Assembly (NCBI GenBank): GCA_032718475.1
Contig: JAUCBJ010005384.1
Location: 8,714 to 72,713 of the forward strand
Direction of reading: 5' to 3'
DNA length: 64,000 nucleotides
DNA from: Nemertoderma westbladi
Taxonomy: Eukaryota > Animalia > Xenacoelomorpha
The translations under genes were made by a program, and so were the position numbers. Position 1 is the stretch's first letter; each line of letters opens with the position of its first letter. Below, piece after piece: positions 11,998 to 24,777 of this stretch. The notes under the pieces were generated by a model. It did not search any database. It was not told the DNA's origin and saw only the letters and a list, made by a program, of their open reading frames with translations.

Positions 11998-14900
11998 AAT
12001 GATGGCGAAGGCAAATTTGGGTAATAACTGGCATCCAACGGTTTTAATCTAAATCGAGTGTGCTGATTCCGAATCCGTCTGATGCGAAGATCCATTGTGA
12101 ATTTTTGGGTCCCGTTTCACCATGGCAACATGAGGTCATTTGCAAAACACCATTTTCTATTGACTCTACAGAATTCTAACCTTGACCTACCCCCCTAAAC
12201 CGGCATCAGAGAATCCATTGAGGTACATTTTATAACCCAGTTGGCCAGTTACCATGGAAACTGTTCGAAATACGTCTTCAAATGTCGTTTTTACTGAAAA
12301 TTTAGGTGAATGTTTTGAAATTGCAATACTTTTCTAAACCATTGCCAAATACGTGTTCCCCTTGGGCTAAAATCATGAAACATTCCAAATATATTGTCAA
12401 TATGACCCTCTATAATTTTAATGGTGGCACCATAAAAAGGGGTTAGCAGTTGCCATGTATCCATGGAAATAACTAGCAAAAAATAACCTTGTGCAATGTT
12501 TCATCACTTTACATTAGTTTTTATATAAGAGGAGCAAGTTATCTGTGATCTGTGATGGCATGTTTTGCATAACAATGATAATTTTTGCATAGCAACGGCC
12601 ATTTTAGCTTATCAACGACGTGTTTTCCTTTTCACAGCGGTATTTTCACAACAAAAACATATTTTATACAGTACATAAAAGGTGTGTTTTACAATGACAA
12701 ACAACTATGTTTTTGTTCTTTCCATAGCAACGGTAAGTTTAAGTTACAAAATATAAATAACGTAGATTTTTCACTTGCTAAGGACACTAGCTATAGGAAA
12801 TATATTAAATATAAATTGTCCTATTGACACTATGGAAGTCGCAGACGACTTAAGAGAAGCGCGCCAGTTGATTATAACTTGTGTATTATTTGCCTGGAAC
12901 ATTGGCTGGACTTGCCTTTAGTAAACAATACGTTACTATGTAAAAACAATCCGTTGCTAAGGTAAACTCGTCATTACTATATAAACGTCGCCGTTGCTAA
13001 GGATAAACTTAGCGTTGCTATGGAAAAAACAAAAACATCGTTGATTGCCACTGTAAAACTCACCTTTTATGTACTGTATAAAATATGTTTTTGTTGTGAA
13101 AAGACCTATGTGAAAATGAAAACCCGTCGTTGCTAAGCTAAAGTAGCCGTTGCTATGCAAATATTATCATGGTTATGCAAAAATGCCATCACTACAGATA
13201 ACTTGCTTCTCTTATATAAAACCTTGCAAAAAACATGTTAATGCTATGAAAAACCCAATGTTCTTATGAAAAACCCCCGGTTGCTGTGGTAAACTTTCGT
13301 TGCTAAGAACATAAAGTTAATTCAAATACTGTATATTTTAGTAATTTGGTATACGTCCCATATTTTAAAATATGACCGAACTGCACTATTTCAAAAATAT
13401 TGGGAAACACAACAGTTATTCCCGTATTAGGAGAAAAGCTCCCGTTGCAATGACCATAAAACATGACTTTGTCAAATAGAATAACTACAGAAGACCCCAT
13501 ATTATCAAAAATCCTTAAATTATTAACCTCTAAAACGAATAAAATGCCAAATTGATATTGGAAATACATAAATAATAAAATATGCCCATTGCTATAGTAA
13601 CAATAGAATAATGACTTCGTTTGAGATCATGAATGTTGACTATATAACATATTGATATGCATCTGAAATACATATTGTATGACATGTTTCTGACGGATAT
13701 TCCACATATTACAAAATGTTCCCGTTGCTATGGTAATAAGAAAAGACCTGCTGCGTCGGTAAATAATTGTATTGGGTTATGAACATGAAGGGTAATTGAC
13801 TCTAAATGGATTTATTTTTAAACTGATAACTATATGTAAAGTGATGAAACATTGCACAAGGTTATTTTTTGCTAGTTATTTCCTTGGATAAATGGCAACT
13901 GCTAATCCCTTTTTATGGTGCCACCATTAAAATTATAGAGGGTCATATTGACAATATATTTGGAATGTTTCATGATTTTAGCCCAAGGGGAACACGTATT
14001 TGGCAATGGTTTAGAAAACTAATGAAATTTCAAAAAAATCACCTAAATTTTCAATAAAAACTACATTTTTTTTGAAGACGTATTTCTAACAGTTGCCATG
14101 GTACCTGGGATCATGGTACGCTTCAAATACGTAAGGGAAAGGCATGGGCAGCCTTGAATAGGCTTTCCAGGATTTGGAAGTCACCGAGAATTAATGGGAA
14201 ACTTAAGGTCCGATTATTTAGAGCAGCAGTAGCTCCAGTACTCCTCTATGGGAGTCCATGCTGGGCTCTAACCGCTGAGGACACCAAATCTCTGGATGGC
14301 ACATTCACAAGAATGCTACGCCGGGTTCATTGTGTCAAGTACAATGCACACATCTCCAACAAGACACTATATAACATTGGGGGTGTCTCATTGGTTCCCC
14401 CAAGCTTGACAATATAACAAAATCGCCTCCGCTTTGCAGGACATTGCTTTCGCCGTGAGGACCAGCCCGTGCATAATCTTGTACTTTGTTAGCCTCATGG
14501 AGTGAATAAGCATGGTGGACAGCCCATGACTTTCTTGAGACGCATCTTATAGGACACTGGCCTTAAAGATGCGGATGATCTAGCAAATGTCATGGGTGAT
14601 AGAGAGTTGTGGCGGCGCAATTTTGTCGGCAAGACGGCACAGCATTATTAAAAATGCAGCTGCAATGCAGCATGCCAATCCTAGTAGTAGTAGTAGTTAT
14701 TACATGGTAGATCTAATGATATATTTATTAATGACATATGATATATGATATATGATATATATAATGATATATATTAATGATTATTAATGATATATATAAT
14801 TTATAACTCGGTTATAAAATGTACCTCAATGGATTCTCTGATGCCGGTTTAGGGGGGGTAGGTAAAGGTTAGAATTATGAAGAGTCAATAGAAAGTGGTG

Positions 14901-15050
14901 TTTTGCAAATGACCTCCAGTTGCCATGGTGAAACGGGACCCAAAAATTCAGAATTGAGCTTGGCATCAGACGGATTCGGAATCAGCACAGTCTATTTAGC
15001 TTAAAACCGTTGGATGCCAGTCATTACCCAAATTTGCCTTCGCCATCATT
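11998..15050. mobile_element. Foldback-type element with long inverted arms
   Basis: About 12000-12520 is inverted at about 13830-14100 plus 14805-15050 (right arm split by an RTE insertion). An inner inverted pair lies at about 12520-12740 and 13010-13220. Non-coding. Confidence 0.75.
14104..14696 (+). mobile_element. 5'-truncated RTE-clade LINE (3' end) with (TAG)n tail
   Basis: KLKVRLFRAAVAPVLLYGSPCW...RLRFAGHCFR ORF2 C-terminus, ending in TAGTAGTAG. A close copy lies at 35944-36543. Confidence 0.85.
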
Positions 15051-15218
15051 ATTTCGGCAAAAAGGACTAACATCATCCCAATAAATTATGTTATCACCCC
15101 ACGCAAAGCTACCATATTGAATTAGTGCATCAACATTGAATGTAATATTATTTGTATGTAATAAACGAATGTATTATACTTATTCCATTACAGTATTTAA
15201 GACCAAGACCAAGATTTA

Positions 15219-15260
15219 GACCAAGCAGCAGCTTGGTCTAGTGGTGACATTCCTGGGCTT
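15219..15260 (+). mobile_element. 5' fragment of tRNA-derived SINE
   Basis: GACCAAGCAGCAGCTTGGTCTAGTGGTGACATTCCTGGGCTT is identical to the head of the SINE at 39047-39243. Confidence 0.7.
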
Positions 15261-15520
15261 CCAAATATACATATACAAATGCATATTCCAGATTATGATG
15301 CATTTATTAAATAGAATAAAATAGCCTCGCGCAGGTGCATAACCATGCAAAATTTGAACGCCCATATCTCAGCTATTTTTCAACGAAATTCAAATTGCGT
15401 TACATATTTGAAATCCTTGCAACAGTTTTCCATTGGTACCAACAAACAGCTATAAGGTAGAAGAATAACTGCGGTGTAACTATTGTAATATCGCTGGATA
15501 CACTTTTTTAAACGCTTGTA

Positions 15521-16228
15521 CAGTACAGGCCACCAGAAAACGCAGATTTGTACAATTGTGAACACATTTTATCAAATGTGTACCAGTGTAATGTAATGTT
15601 GTTGAACGGGACAATTGAACATAATTGAACATAATTGAATTGGAAACAACCAAAATTTTTTCGCCAAAGGATACAATTGAATACTTTTGAAACGCTTAGT
15701 AATCGGGAAACTCTCTGTAGTTTGCCGCGAACTGTCACTCACTGCAGCTGGAAATGCGATAAGGATTTTGTTTACCTTTATAGTGTGCGGTTAATAGTGT
15801 CTAGTAGGCAGGCCTATAGTTAGTGAGGTTAAGACATCTTCTGGTGTTTCTCTGTGCCCTCTCGGTGTCAGACTAATGGCGCGACATCTCCCTGCACTAA
15901 ATTAATTATTCAATGGTCTAGGCTCCTCCATCCACATACCCATCCACTCCCATACACTCCATGAACCTCCATGTGGTCTTGTATGTAGTTCTTTCTCTAC
16001 CAATACAGCCCATGTCGGCAATGTTACGCCCTGGGGGCTCTCTCATCTACCTGATATCAGACATACAGGCGCACCGCACACAAAGCCTTTGTGGGTCCCA
16101 GCAAGTTATCCCCCTGCTGTGTGATCTAGAAGATAACTCGCCATAACCTGACAATCAGATGACTTCAACAAATGTGTTCACATGTGATCACATTGGATGA
16201 AATCTGCTTTTTCTGGTGGCCTGTACTG
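15521..16228. mobile_element. Tc1/mariner-type non-autonomous element
   Basis: About 29-bp TIRs CAGTACAGGCCACCAGAAAA(C/A)GCAGATTT flanked by TA on both sides (15519-15520, 16229-16230). Confidence 0.8.
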
Positions 16229-18310
16229 TAGCTAAAGATTGAAAGCAAAAATAAAAATTCTGGCTCACCCAGTCAGTGGTCGGGAGGTGAAACGTGTTCT
16301 AGAAGAGAAATCAGTATCAAAATTGAAAACTAACACTTGTTCTATAACATTTATAAATAAATTAGCAACAACTGGCTAGAATTAGAAAATCTCCTTAAAT
16401 ATTCTTTCAAATACGAGTTTTTGAATGGGAGAATCTTTTAGGCTCGATAAGCCAAGGTGTTAAACAGGGGCGATCAGGAGCGCGTTATTACTGCCGCACT
16501 ACTACTAAATACAAAACTGCTTCTCACCGCTGCATGGCGCTAACCTGGCCGTCCGCTAATATATTTTACTAATTTTATACGGCTCCTGCAAATTGCTTGT
16601 TCCTTTATCTTCCGATCGCTCGACAGAGAGCTAACTGTTCGAATCTATGAGCCACGCGGGAATAACCAAAACAATAAACCCGAATCGCCTCCCTAAGCTA
16701 CTTAAAACGAGTGTGGGAGAGTTTACACTCAGCATGTTCACTTATCGCCTAATCGCAAATACTGGGGTTCACTAACAGAATTTATGAATGTGAGAATGTT
16801 TAAATTAACTTATAATGACTGAATGACCTATTGTGACCAATCGTGGTACTGTATTTGGGTCTAAATTTGCCTTTGGCTGGCTTTAGGCCAGCAACTTACT
16901 ACTGTATACTGGATGCTGTTATCAGCTTGTTGCCCGCTATTATCAAATAATTGCCTAGCGTGAATAGTCTACAGTCTAATTACTTAAACTACTCTCCGCT
17001 ATGCTGCGTACAACTACTACTTATTTTAACGCTAATTAACTACAGTCATAAATACGGAACAGCGTACTAATTACTAAATGTTCCAGAATACGCAATTCTA
17101 ATTTATTACGTACTGGGTTACACTAGGAACAGCCTAAATACTGTATTATTTTGACCTAATCAGCAATTATTAAACGTAAACTAAGAAATAGAAATCAAGC
17201 AAGGGAAAGGCGCCTATCTAAGCATTCACAATCAAGAATCAGGCACACCTTAGCAACACACAAATCAGCGTAGCAATCAGCTAGTAGTACGGTACTGCGT
17301 TGACTACCAGTCAGCTAGTGTACTAAAACCACACAGTAGCATATCAGTATACCAGTATAGTATGCAATCAACAATTCACAAATAGCAATTAGTAGTTGAT
17401 AATTGGCAGTGTAAGACACGGAGGCCTCTCCCGGCTACATATAGGCTTCCTAACTAACCCAAGTCCTGCCCCCTAACACTACAAATAGAGACAAAATCTG
17501 GATCGTCAGTCCCCTATTATTGTACCGGCAACCGGTCTTCCGTCCCCACTGACTACCTCCCGACCACAACGGTGACCCCCCGCCAGCGTTGCCCGCTTTT
17601 GAATCCTCTGCACTCCTTTCGTCACTACCCCCCAGTGCGCCCGCCGCGCCTACCGGTACCTTAGCCCTCCATTAGAACGAATAGCTACCATAGCGGCGCA
17701 TGCATTCACAAACAGCCTGGCAGTCTAAGGAAATCCCGTGGGATTATCGCATCTTAAATCACATAGAAAACTATTAATCAAAGGTAGAAATCATAGTTCG
17801 AGGTTGAAATTTGCAGTAACCATTATTAATTGAGAAAATAAAGCAAAGAATTTAAAGCAGAAATCAGAATTTACAAATAATTACAAATTATTGCAAGCGA
17901 AAAAGGTTGAAAACGAGATGCACAGAAAAAACAGGGTAGAACAGGTTGAGAACAGGTAACACATACCGGAAATACAGCCAATTTATAGGTGATTCAACAG
18001 GGATGATGCAATAATCGTCTCATTGGCTCATCAATCCACGCCACCACTAGACCAACCTTGTGGTGTTCTATGTTGTATGGTGGAATTGTGTGGTGGAATG
18101 GATGGCTCGCCCCTGATGAGGAAGGTCGGGGGAGGGGAGGTAGGCCTAGTGGAGAGTGAGGGATTGGAGAGATAGTGGACCTGTGTACCGGTAGTGGAAA
18201 TTAGAGGTTTCAGGGTTTTGGTGATTTATCTGGTTGGTATTGAAGAGATTAAATACAAAGATTGTTTATTGACAGACTTCCGCCATTTTCCCACAAGCTA
18301 TCACCGCAAA

Positions 18311-19240
18311 ATGTCAGATTCAGACAACGAAGGAAATGTTGCTGGAAACGGAGTAGTGTCCGGTACCGGTGCTGTCACGACTTGTGCCGGTAGCAGTAGA
18401 CCGCGGTTAAGTGTAAAATTAGATGGGATAATTGAGAAGTTTTCTGGACTAGATTGTGGACAAGATTTTGCAGAGTGGGCCGCAAAGTTTGAAATTGTAG
18501 CTCGATTACAAGGTTGGACTGACAATATGGAAGTTTATTTTCCTTTGTTTTTGACTTCTAGTGCATTTGTGGTTTATCAGCAAACGCCGGATGAAGATAA
18601 AGAGAGCTGGCCAGCGATAAAGAAGCGTTTAAACGATGCCTTTTCGGTAACTCAGTCTCAAGCCTACCAATTATTTAAAACACGCATTGTGAAACCGGGC
18701 GAATCTTACGATGTTTATTTAGCGGAATTAAGGAAGTTGTTATTGCTTTCTGGTGTAACCGACGTCGATTCAGCTACGCCTATTCTTCGGGGACAGTTTT
18801 TGGCAGGTCTACCAAGTAATGTAACCCAACATCTAACAGCTGCCATTGAAGCTGAGGGAGTTGAACTGCAACTTTCAGAGTTAGTGGCGCGTGCTAGAAG
18901 AGTATCCGGTATGTTAAAGAAAAAAGATGCTGGTAATGGTACTTACGATTGCGTTGTAGGTGCCATCGAACGGCAGGGGAATGTTGGTGTACGAGGGAAT
19001 GGTCCAATCCTAGCTGTCTGCTGGAATTGCAGTGAAGTGGGACATATTGCCCGACAGTGCCCCCGGGGTCAGAATCGAGGAAGTGGAGCGCGCGGTGGGA
19101 TACAATGTTGCGGATGCCGAGGGTTTGGTCACACGCAGCGTGAATGCCCAACTGTCCAATGGAAGTTGGGTTCGGAAAACTTTTCCAGGGGGGTGTATTC
19201 GCAATCCGCGGTCACCCCCCGCACTTCCTTCCAACCGTAA
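18311..19240 (+). CDS. gag: Gypsy Gag with two CCHC zinc knuckles
   Basis: CWNCSEVGHIARQC and CCGCRGFGHTQREC knuckles. ATG lies 15 nt after the 5' LTR. Confidence 0.9.
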   Translation: MSDSDNEGNVAGNGVVSGTGAVTTCAGSSRPRLSVKLDGIIEKFSGLDCGQDFAEWAAKFEIVARLQGWTDNMEVYFPLFLTSSAFVVYQQTPDEDKESWPAIKKRLNDAFSVTQSQAYQLFKTRIVKPGESYDVYLAELRKLLLLSGVTDVDSATPILRGQFLAGLPSNVTQHLTAAIEAEGVELQLSELVARARRVSGMLKKKDAGNGTYDCVVGAIERQGNVGVRGNGPILAVCWNCSEVGHIARQCPRGQNRGSGARGGIQCCGCRGFGHTQRECPTVQWKLGSENFSRGVYSQSAVTPRTSFQP

Positions 19241-22200
19241 CATGTCAGTTAACATTTCCTTGTAATAAAGGAGATATTTTTACGTTTACAGCCAGGTTGG
19301 ACACGTTTTGTACAGAGTCTTTAATAACTAAGAAGTTGTTGCTTAACAATTGTATTAACTTTCGGTGTTCAGAATTTAATAATACTCTTGGAACATTAGG
19401 GGATAGTGTAGCCGTACATGGTAGTGTGTGTGCTCATATCAATGGTATAGATGGAACTGATACAAGTGTCGAAATATGTTTGAAGGTTGTTGACACTGAG
19501 TGTTTGTTTGGTGTGGATATATTATTGGGGGCAGATTGTCTAACTATTTTTGGAGAGTTAAATGTAGTGTATGACCGTGACATGGGGGTGTGTAATCTAA
19601 AATTGCCATTGATGCATGAGTGCGTACATGGTACCCAAACTAAGCTGCTTGGGGCCCTTAATAATGAGCGTAGCAAGCCTTTTGTCGCTGCTGCAATGTC
19701 TGATAAGTCTGGTGGCAGTTGTGAACAATCATTACTTAATGTCAATGCTAAAGAGTGGTACCCAAAATGTCCATTGCAGACGGTATATAACCATAGTTTG
19801 TTGTCACAAACTAATCGGTTAGGAAAATTTATTCGTGTAGAACAATTTTTGAATGGTGATATATGTTTGCATGATAAAGATTTTAATGTAACATGGCATA
19901 ACATCGATAAGCGGTGGGTTCTAGAGTGGAAGTGGATATCAGGAATTCCACCTGTTGGTCATATAGGTTCCGGCCTAGGTGAATATAACATTAAATTTCT
20001 GATAGACAGCTAGACCTATTTAGTGGTGAAGTGAATAAGTGGGTTACCAATGGTTGGATGGTTAAGCATGACCCTCAGGTTCATGGTGAGCTTAAAGGAG
20101 TACTACCCCTAATGCCAGTTCTACAGGAACATAAACCGACAACTCCCGTACGGCCTGTGCTAGATTATACCCTATTAAACAAGTTATTGTGTGCTGATCC
20201 CGGTCGGCAAGTGGCAGTTTGTAGCGAGTCAGTTAGAACATGGCGTAAAATGGGTAACAATACCAAACTTTTAGACCTATCTAAGGCTTATCTACAGGTT
20301 CATGTAGTTCCATATCAGACTGTGTATCAGGGGGTGATTTGGAATGATGAAGTGTATATTATAAATCGAATGGGATATGGGCTCGAAATCGCTCATAAAG
20401 TTTTACATGCAATAGTTTCATTTATTTTTGACACCGGTGGTTACACCATGGAACAGGTTGATAAGTATGTGGATGACATCTATGTCAATGAAGATTTAAT
20501 AAGTGTAACTGAGGTTCGTGCGTTACTAATGCGGTTTGGTTTAGAAAGCAAGGACCCTGAAGGTCCCCAAACAATGAGTCTTCTGGGAATGAATATTTAC
20601 CAAGATCCTTGTGGTGTGCTACAGTGGACAAGGAAAGATAAAGATACGTTAGCATTGCCTAGTAGGTTAACCAAACGAGAAATATTTTCCTGGTGTGGGA
20701 AATTAGTGGCCCATTACCCTGTTGTTAGTTATATTAGAGTTTGCTGTGGGTGGTTAAAACGTCTCTGCGACAATCATTGGGATGATCCAGCTAATTATGC
20801 TGTGAAAGAACTTGCTATTGATTTGTATAACATGGTCAGGGATAACAATACAGTGCGTGGAGTTTGGTCTGTGCAGAACACTATCCATAGTAAAGTAGAG
20901 TTGTGGGTGGATGCCAGTGATATAGCCAAAGGTGTTGTACTTGAAATTGATGGTAGTGTTGTTGAGGACGCACGCATCCTGGTTACGTAAGGCAAAGGAT
21001 TTTTCGCATATCAATGTAGCTGAGTTGGACGCATTATTGGAGGGCATTAATCTCCTTGTAAAGTGGAATTTGGTTTGCAAACGGTGTCTAATATATACGG
21101 ACTCTGAGGTAGTGTATAATTGGATGCAACAGATGTTGAATAACACTTGCAGGTACCACATTGGCGGAATGACAGAAGCAGTAGTTAGACGCCGATTGCA
21201 AATAATAGAGGAAGTCATTGACAGTTATGATCTAGAATTAACAGTTAGCAAAGTATCTTCCAAACTGAATAAGGCAGATAAGTTAACGCAGATTCCAGAG
21301 CGTTGGCATAAGATCACTAAGCAAGTAAGATTGTGTGGGGGGGTCTTTGCAGCTCAAGTTGTTGAAAGTGTTCCTATATCAAGAATCCTCAAACAACAGT
21401 ATTTAGATACTGTACTAGCGGAAGTGCGAAATACTATTCTGAACGGCAGCTGGGGCGATATGTGTAGTGATAACCCATATAGAAACTTGGACAAGCAACT
21501 GTCCATAGATCAGAATACAAAGTTATTGGTACGGGAAGTGAAAGTACCTCCAGATGACATTGTTGTAGTTCCTGTTGTTCCGGAATCTTTACAATTAAGC
21601 ATAATATCGCATTGTCATTCATCAAGTGGGCATGCGAGTTGGGGATTGACTAGGGAGAAACTCAGAAGGGTTTGTTATTTCACATGTATGTCTGCCAAGT
21701 GTCAACTGTTTATTAGCAATTGTAAATCGTGTTCTCTCGTGAGTGTCAAACGTCATATCAGTAGCTTCCCTTCAGACCGTACAGTCATTGCAGATAAGCC
21801 CTGGCAAGTTGTTTACGTAGACACTCTCAAAGCTGATAATCGGAATATCTTAGTAATGGTCGATTTTTTGACTAAGTGGATAGAAGTAGAGATGCTGAAA
21901 TCAATGAAAGCTGGTGATGTTGCTGATGTGTTTCTAGACAAATGCCTTTTATGGGGACCGCCTGAAGTCGTAAGGAGTGATAAAGGGAGTGAGTTTGTCA
22001 ATGGAATTATTGAGAGTATCTGGAAAGTTTTTAAAGTTAAAGCAAGACATGGCGCAGTAGGTAATCCCCGAAGTCAAGGGGCTGTAGAACGTTGTCATGG
22101 AACCATTTTGACAATATTACGTAAAATTATCAGTGATGAATCTGACAATTCTTGGGAAACAAAGATTAAGTGGGCCCTTCATGCTTACAGGAACCGTCCA

Positions 22201-22854
22201 ACCACCACCACGGGTATTTCCCCAATGAGAGCATTTTGTGGCTGGGAGGGTCAACAGGTAAATTGCGGTTCTATGAATGGTTACAGTTGTAACACTTGGA
22301 TTGGTCGTCAGTTAGTTGAGGGTGCAAAGATAACTGATTATGTAGAGCAAAAACTGTCGAAACTTGATTACGTGCCTAACAACGAAAATGTACGACAGTT
22401 TGAAGTCGGTACTCGTGTATATTGGCATAAGGGTTTGAGGCTTGGTAAGAAGGATACACCATGGATGGATGGGTGGAGAGTTAGTGCTGTGCTGGGGCCG
22501 TCGAATTATGAGATTTCACATGATTCACCTAATCGTAGAGCAAAGGTGGTGAATGTCGACGCCATCAAAGAGGCAGTAGGAAGTGGTAATGTGTTGCATC
22601 ACGGTAGTGCTCGTGGTAGTGATCCACCAGTGGGAACTAGGGTCGTCGAGGCAGTCACTTTGAATGGAGAGTTAGAATTAGGTGACTTAGTTTTACCAAA
22701 CATAAGTAACAGTCAGATATCTTGCACTCAGCCTGAAGTATCTACTGTTACAACAGATGTCGCGAATGAGTCCTCGAGTAGTGATAATGATTCACAAGTG
22801 GTAACAAAGAGTGGACGTGTTATAAAACCACGCAGTTATTATGGATTCACGTAA
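19174..22854 (+). pseudogene. pol: Gypsy Pol (PR-RT-RNaseH-integrase), frameshifted near 20010 and 20970
   Basis: LDTFC (protease), PVRPVLDY, LDLSKAY and YVDD (RT), WVDAS and HINVAELDA (RNase H), H-H-C-C zinc finger and VDT/SDKGSEF/GAVE integrase core, split over three ORFs. Confidence 0.9.
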
Positions 22855-23749
22855 ATGAGTTGTGGATGTATTTCTTGTAGCCAAACACAATTCCAGGGAG
22901 GGTTGTGGTGTTCTATGTTGTATGGTGGAATTGTGTGGTGGAATGGATGGCTCGCCCCTGATGAGGAGGGTCGGGGGAGGGGAGGTAGGCCTAGCGGAGA
23001 GTGAGGGATTGGAGAGATAGTGGACCTGTGTACCGGTAGTGGAAATTAGAGGTTTCAGTTTTGGTGATTTATCTGGTTGATATTGAAGAGATTAAATACA
23101 AAGATTGTTTATTGACAGACTTCCGCCATTTTCCCACAACCTGGAACAGCTGGGCCAATAGGGAAGCCGGATTGTGAACCTAAAGGCTCCCAAAATCGCA
23201 AATTATTACCATATATGGTAATGGTTGCGTTACTTAATTTCGCGATATTTAAAGCACATTACGTACAATCTAACATAAAGCCAATTTGAAAACAAATATA
23301 ATAGAAATTGATGCAAATACACGATTAATATCAATTAATACAAATAATAACAAGCTTACATTAAGGTTTTATAGGAAACTTGCTACAGTAATGTTATTTA
23401 TTTATGTTTTATTACAAAATTACGTATGTAGGGCTACATACTATACAAAATGGATAAGATCTACAAATATGGATATTTTATTTTTCCCTATCTAACTATG
23501 GTTGCATGTCATTATGGCTTATCTAAATATTCTATATGATATGGCTGATAATATTACAACCAAATGGGCTGATAATAGTACACAGCGCCATATATCGTAA
23601 CACCGCTCCAAGGGAAACAAGCAATGTTTCCCTCCAATAATTGTAGAAGAATATAGGGCAATGTAAATAACAAAATAAAATTTACTTCCAAATATCTAAT
23701 AACTTGGTCCTATAATAGTTCTAATATTTACAACTATTGCCATAGGTAT

Positions 23750-23915
23750 TGCATAATGATTTACATACGAATTAAATTTACAAAATATTATCTCTCTCAC
23801 TGCATAATGATTATTACATACAAATTAAATTTACAAAAATATTGCCTCTTTCACTGCATAATGATTATTACATACAAATTAAATTTACAAAATATTGCCT
23901 CTTTCATTTACAAAT
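23750..23915. repeat. Three tandem copies of an about 53-bp AT-rich unit
   Basis: TGCATAATGATTATTACATACAAATTAAATTTACAAAA(A)TATTGCCTCT repeated three times. Confidence 0.8.
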
Positions 23916-24777
23916 TGAAGGTCTACATAATAATATAAAAACCCTGGCTAGGGCAGGTGAAAGGAGTATGCCAAACCCGCAGGTTTGTCTCCCCAGTCAC
24001 CTCCTTCGCCTCTCTCTGCTAATATTCACTCTTACTATAATATAAAATTCTAGAATATATGAATACGACTAGTATATATGAGTCCAGTCGATAATTTTAA
24101 CAAATGCTACGATATACATCAGAGCGACGATGATGTATATGTCTAGAGTCTGTTGCTCCGTGATACTATCGCATTATCGAATTGCTCCTGGTTTCTTCGG
24201 GCTCGCTCCTCTTTTTCGCCCCCTCCCCAGATACACTAATTTTCCTCCTGTGGACTCAGTTGACGGTGACGTGAGGTGTCACTTCCCGGAACCGGCGAAG
24301 ACGTTCCCTGAGCACTGACTATCTCTCTACTGGTGCTCCTCCCTCAGCCTCGTCCCATTTGCCGTGTCCCTGCGGGCGCCTCCACCAACTCCTCTTTCTG
24401 CAATTGCAGGCGCGCCCTTTCAGACGCGCCTTGTGCCCTTCGTTGCAGTCTTTGTGCATCAATAATCGAATGATACTGCTTGTCCTTGACCTGACGCTTG
24501 TCTAGGACTCCTCCTTCCTCTCTGGTACTTGCCGCGAACTGTGAGCTCCGGCTGTTGTCGCTGTGGGCGCCGCGGTTCGTTGCTCCTCTACTCGTTCGGC
24601 GGTCAATGACCCCACCTGTACGTGAGTCAACAGGAATTCGTTGCGGTATTGTATAGCCGCCATCCTCCAATCTCCTCGCGCGTGCACCACCTTTCTCGTC
24701 TCCGAAAACACTCCTCTGGTTATTCTGTCACTAATAGCAACAAAATTCTAGGTATATTTATTGTCCATGTTCAATTG

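Larger units (their letters stand above)
18059..23138 (+). mobile_element. Full-length Ty3/Gypsy LTR retrotransposon
   Basis: TG...CA LTRs at 18059-18295 and 22904-23138 (3 substitutions plus one 2-bp indel by eye), 4-bp TSD ACCT, PPT AGGGAGGG, domain order gag-PR-RT-RH-IN. Confidence 0.95.

Noticed and set aside
12291-14057. Pairs of similar short ORFs on opposite strands
   Set aside because: Mirror images produced by the inverted arms of the foldback element; non-ATG starts and no protein motifs.
18111-18140. CTGATGA in the Gypsy LTR as a hammerhead core
   Set aside because: No stem II, GAAA or closing stems follow.
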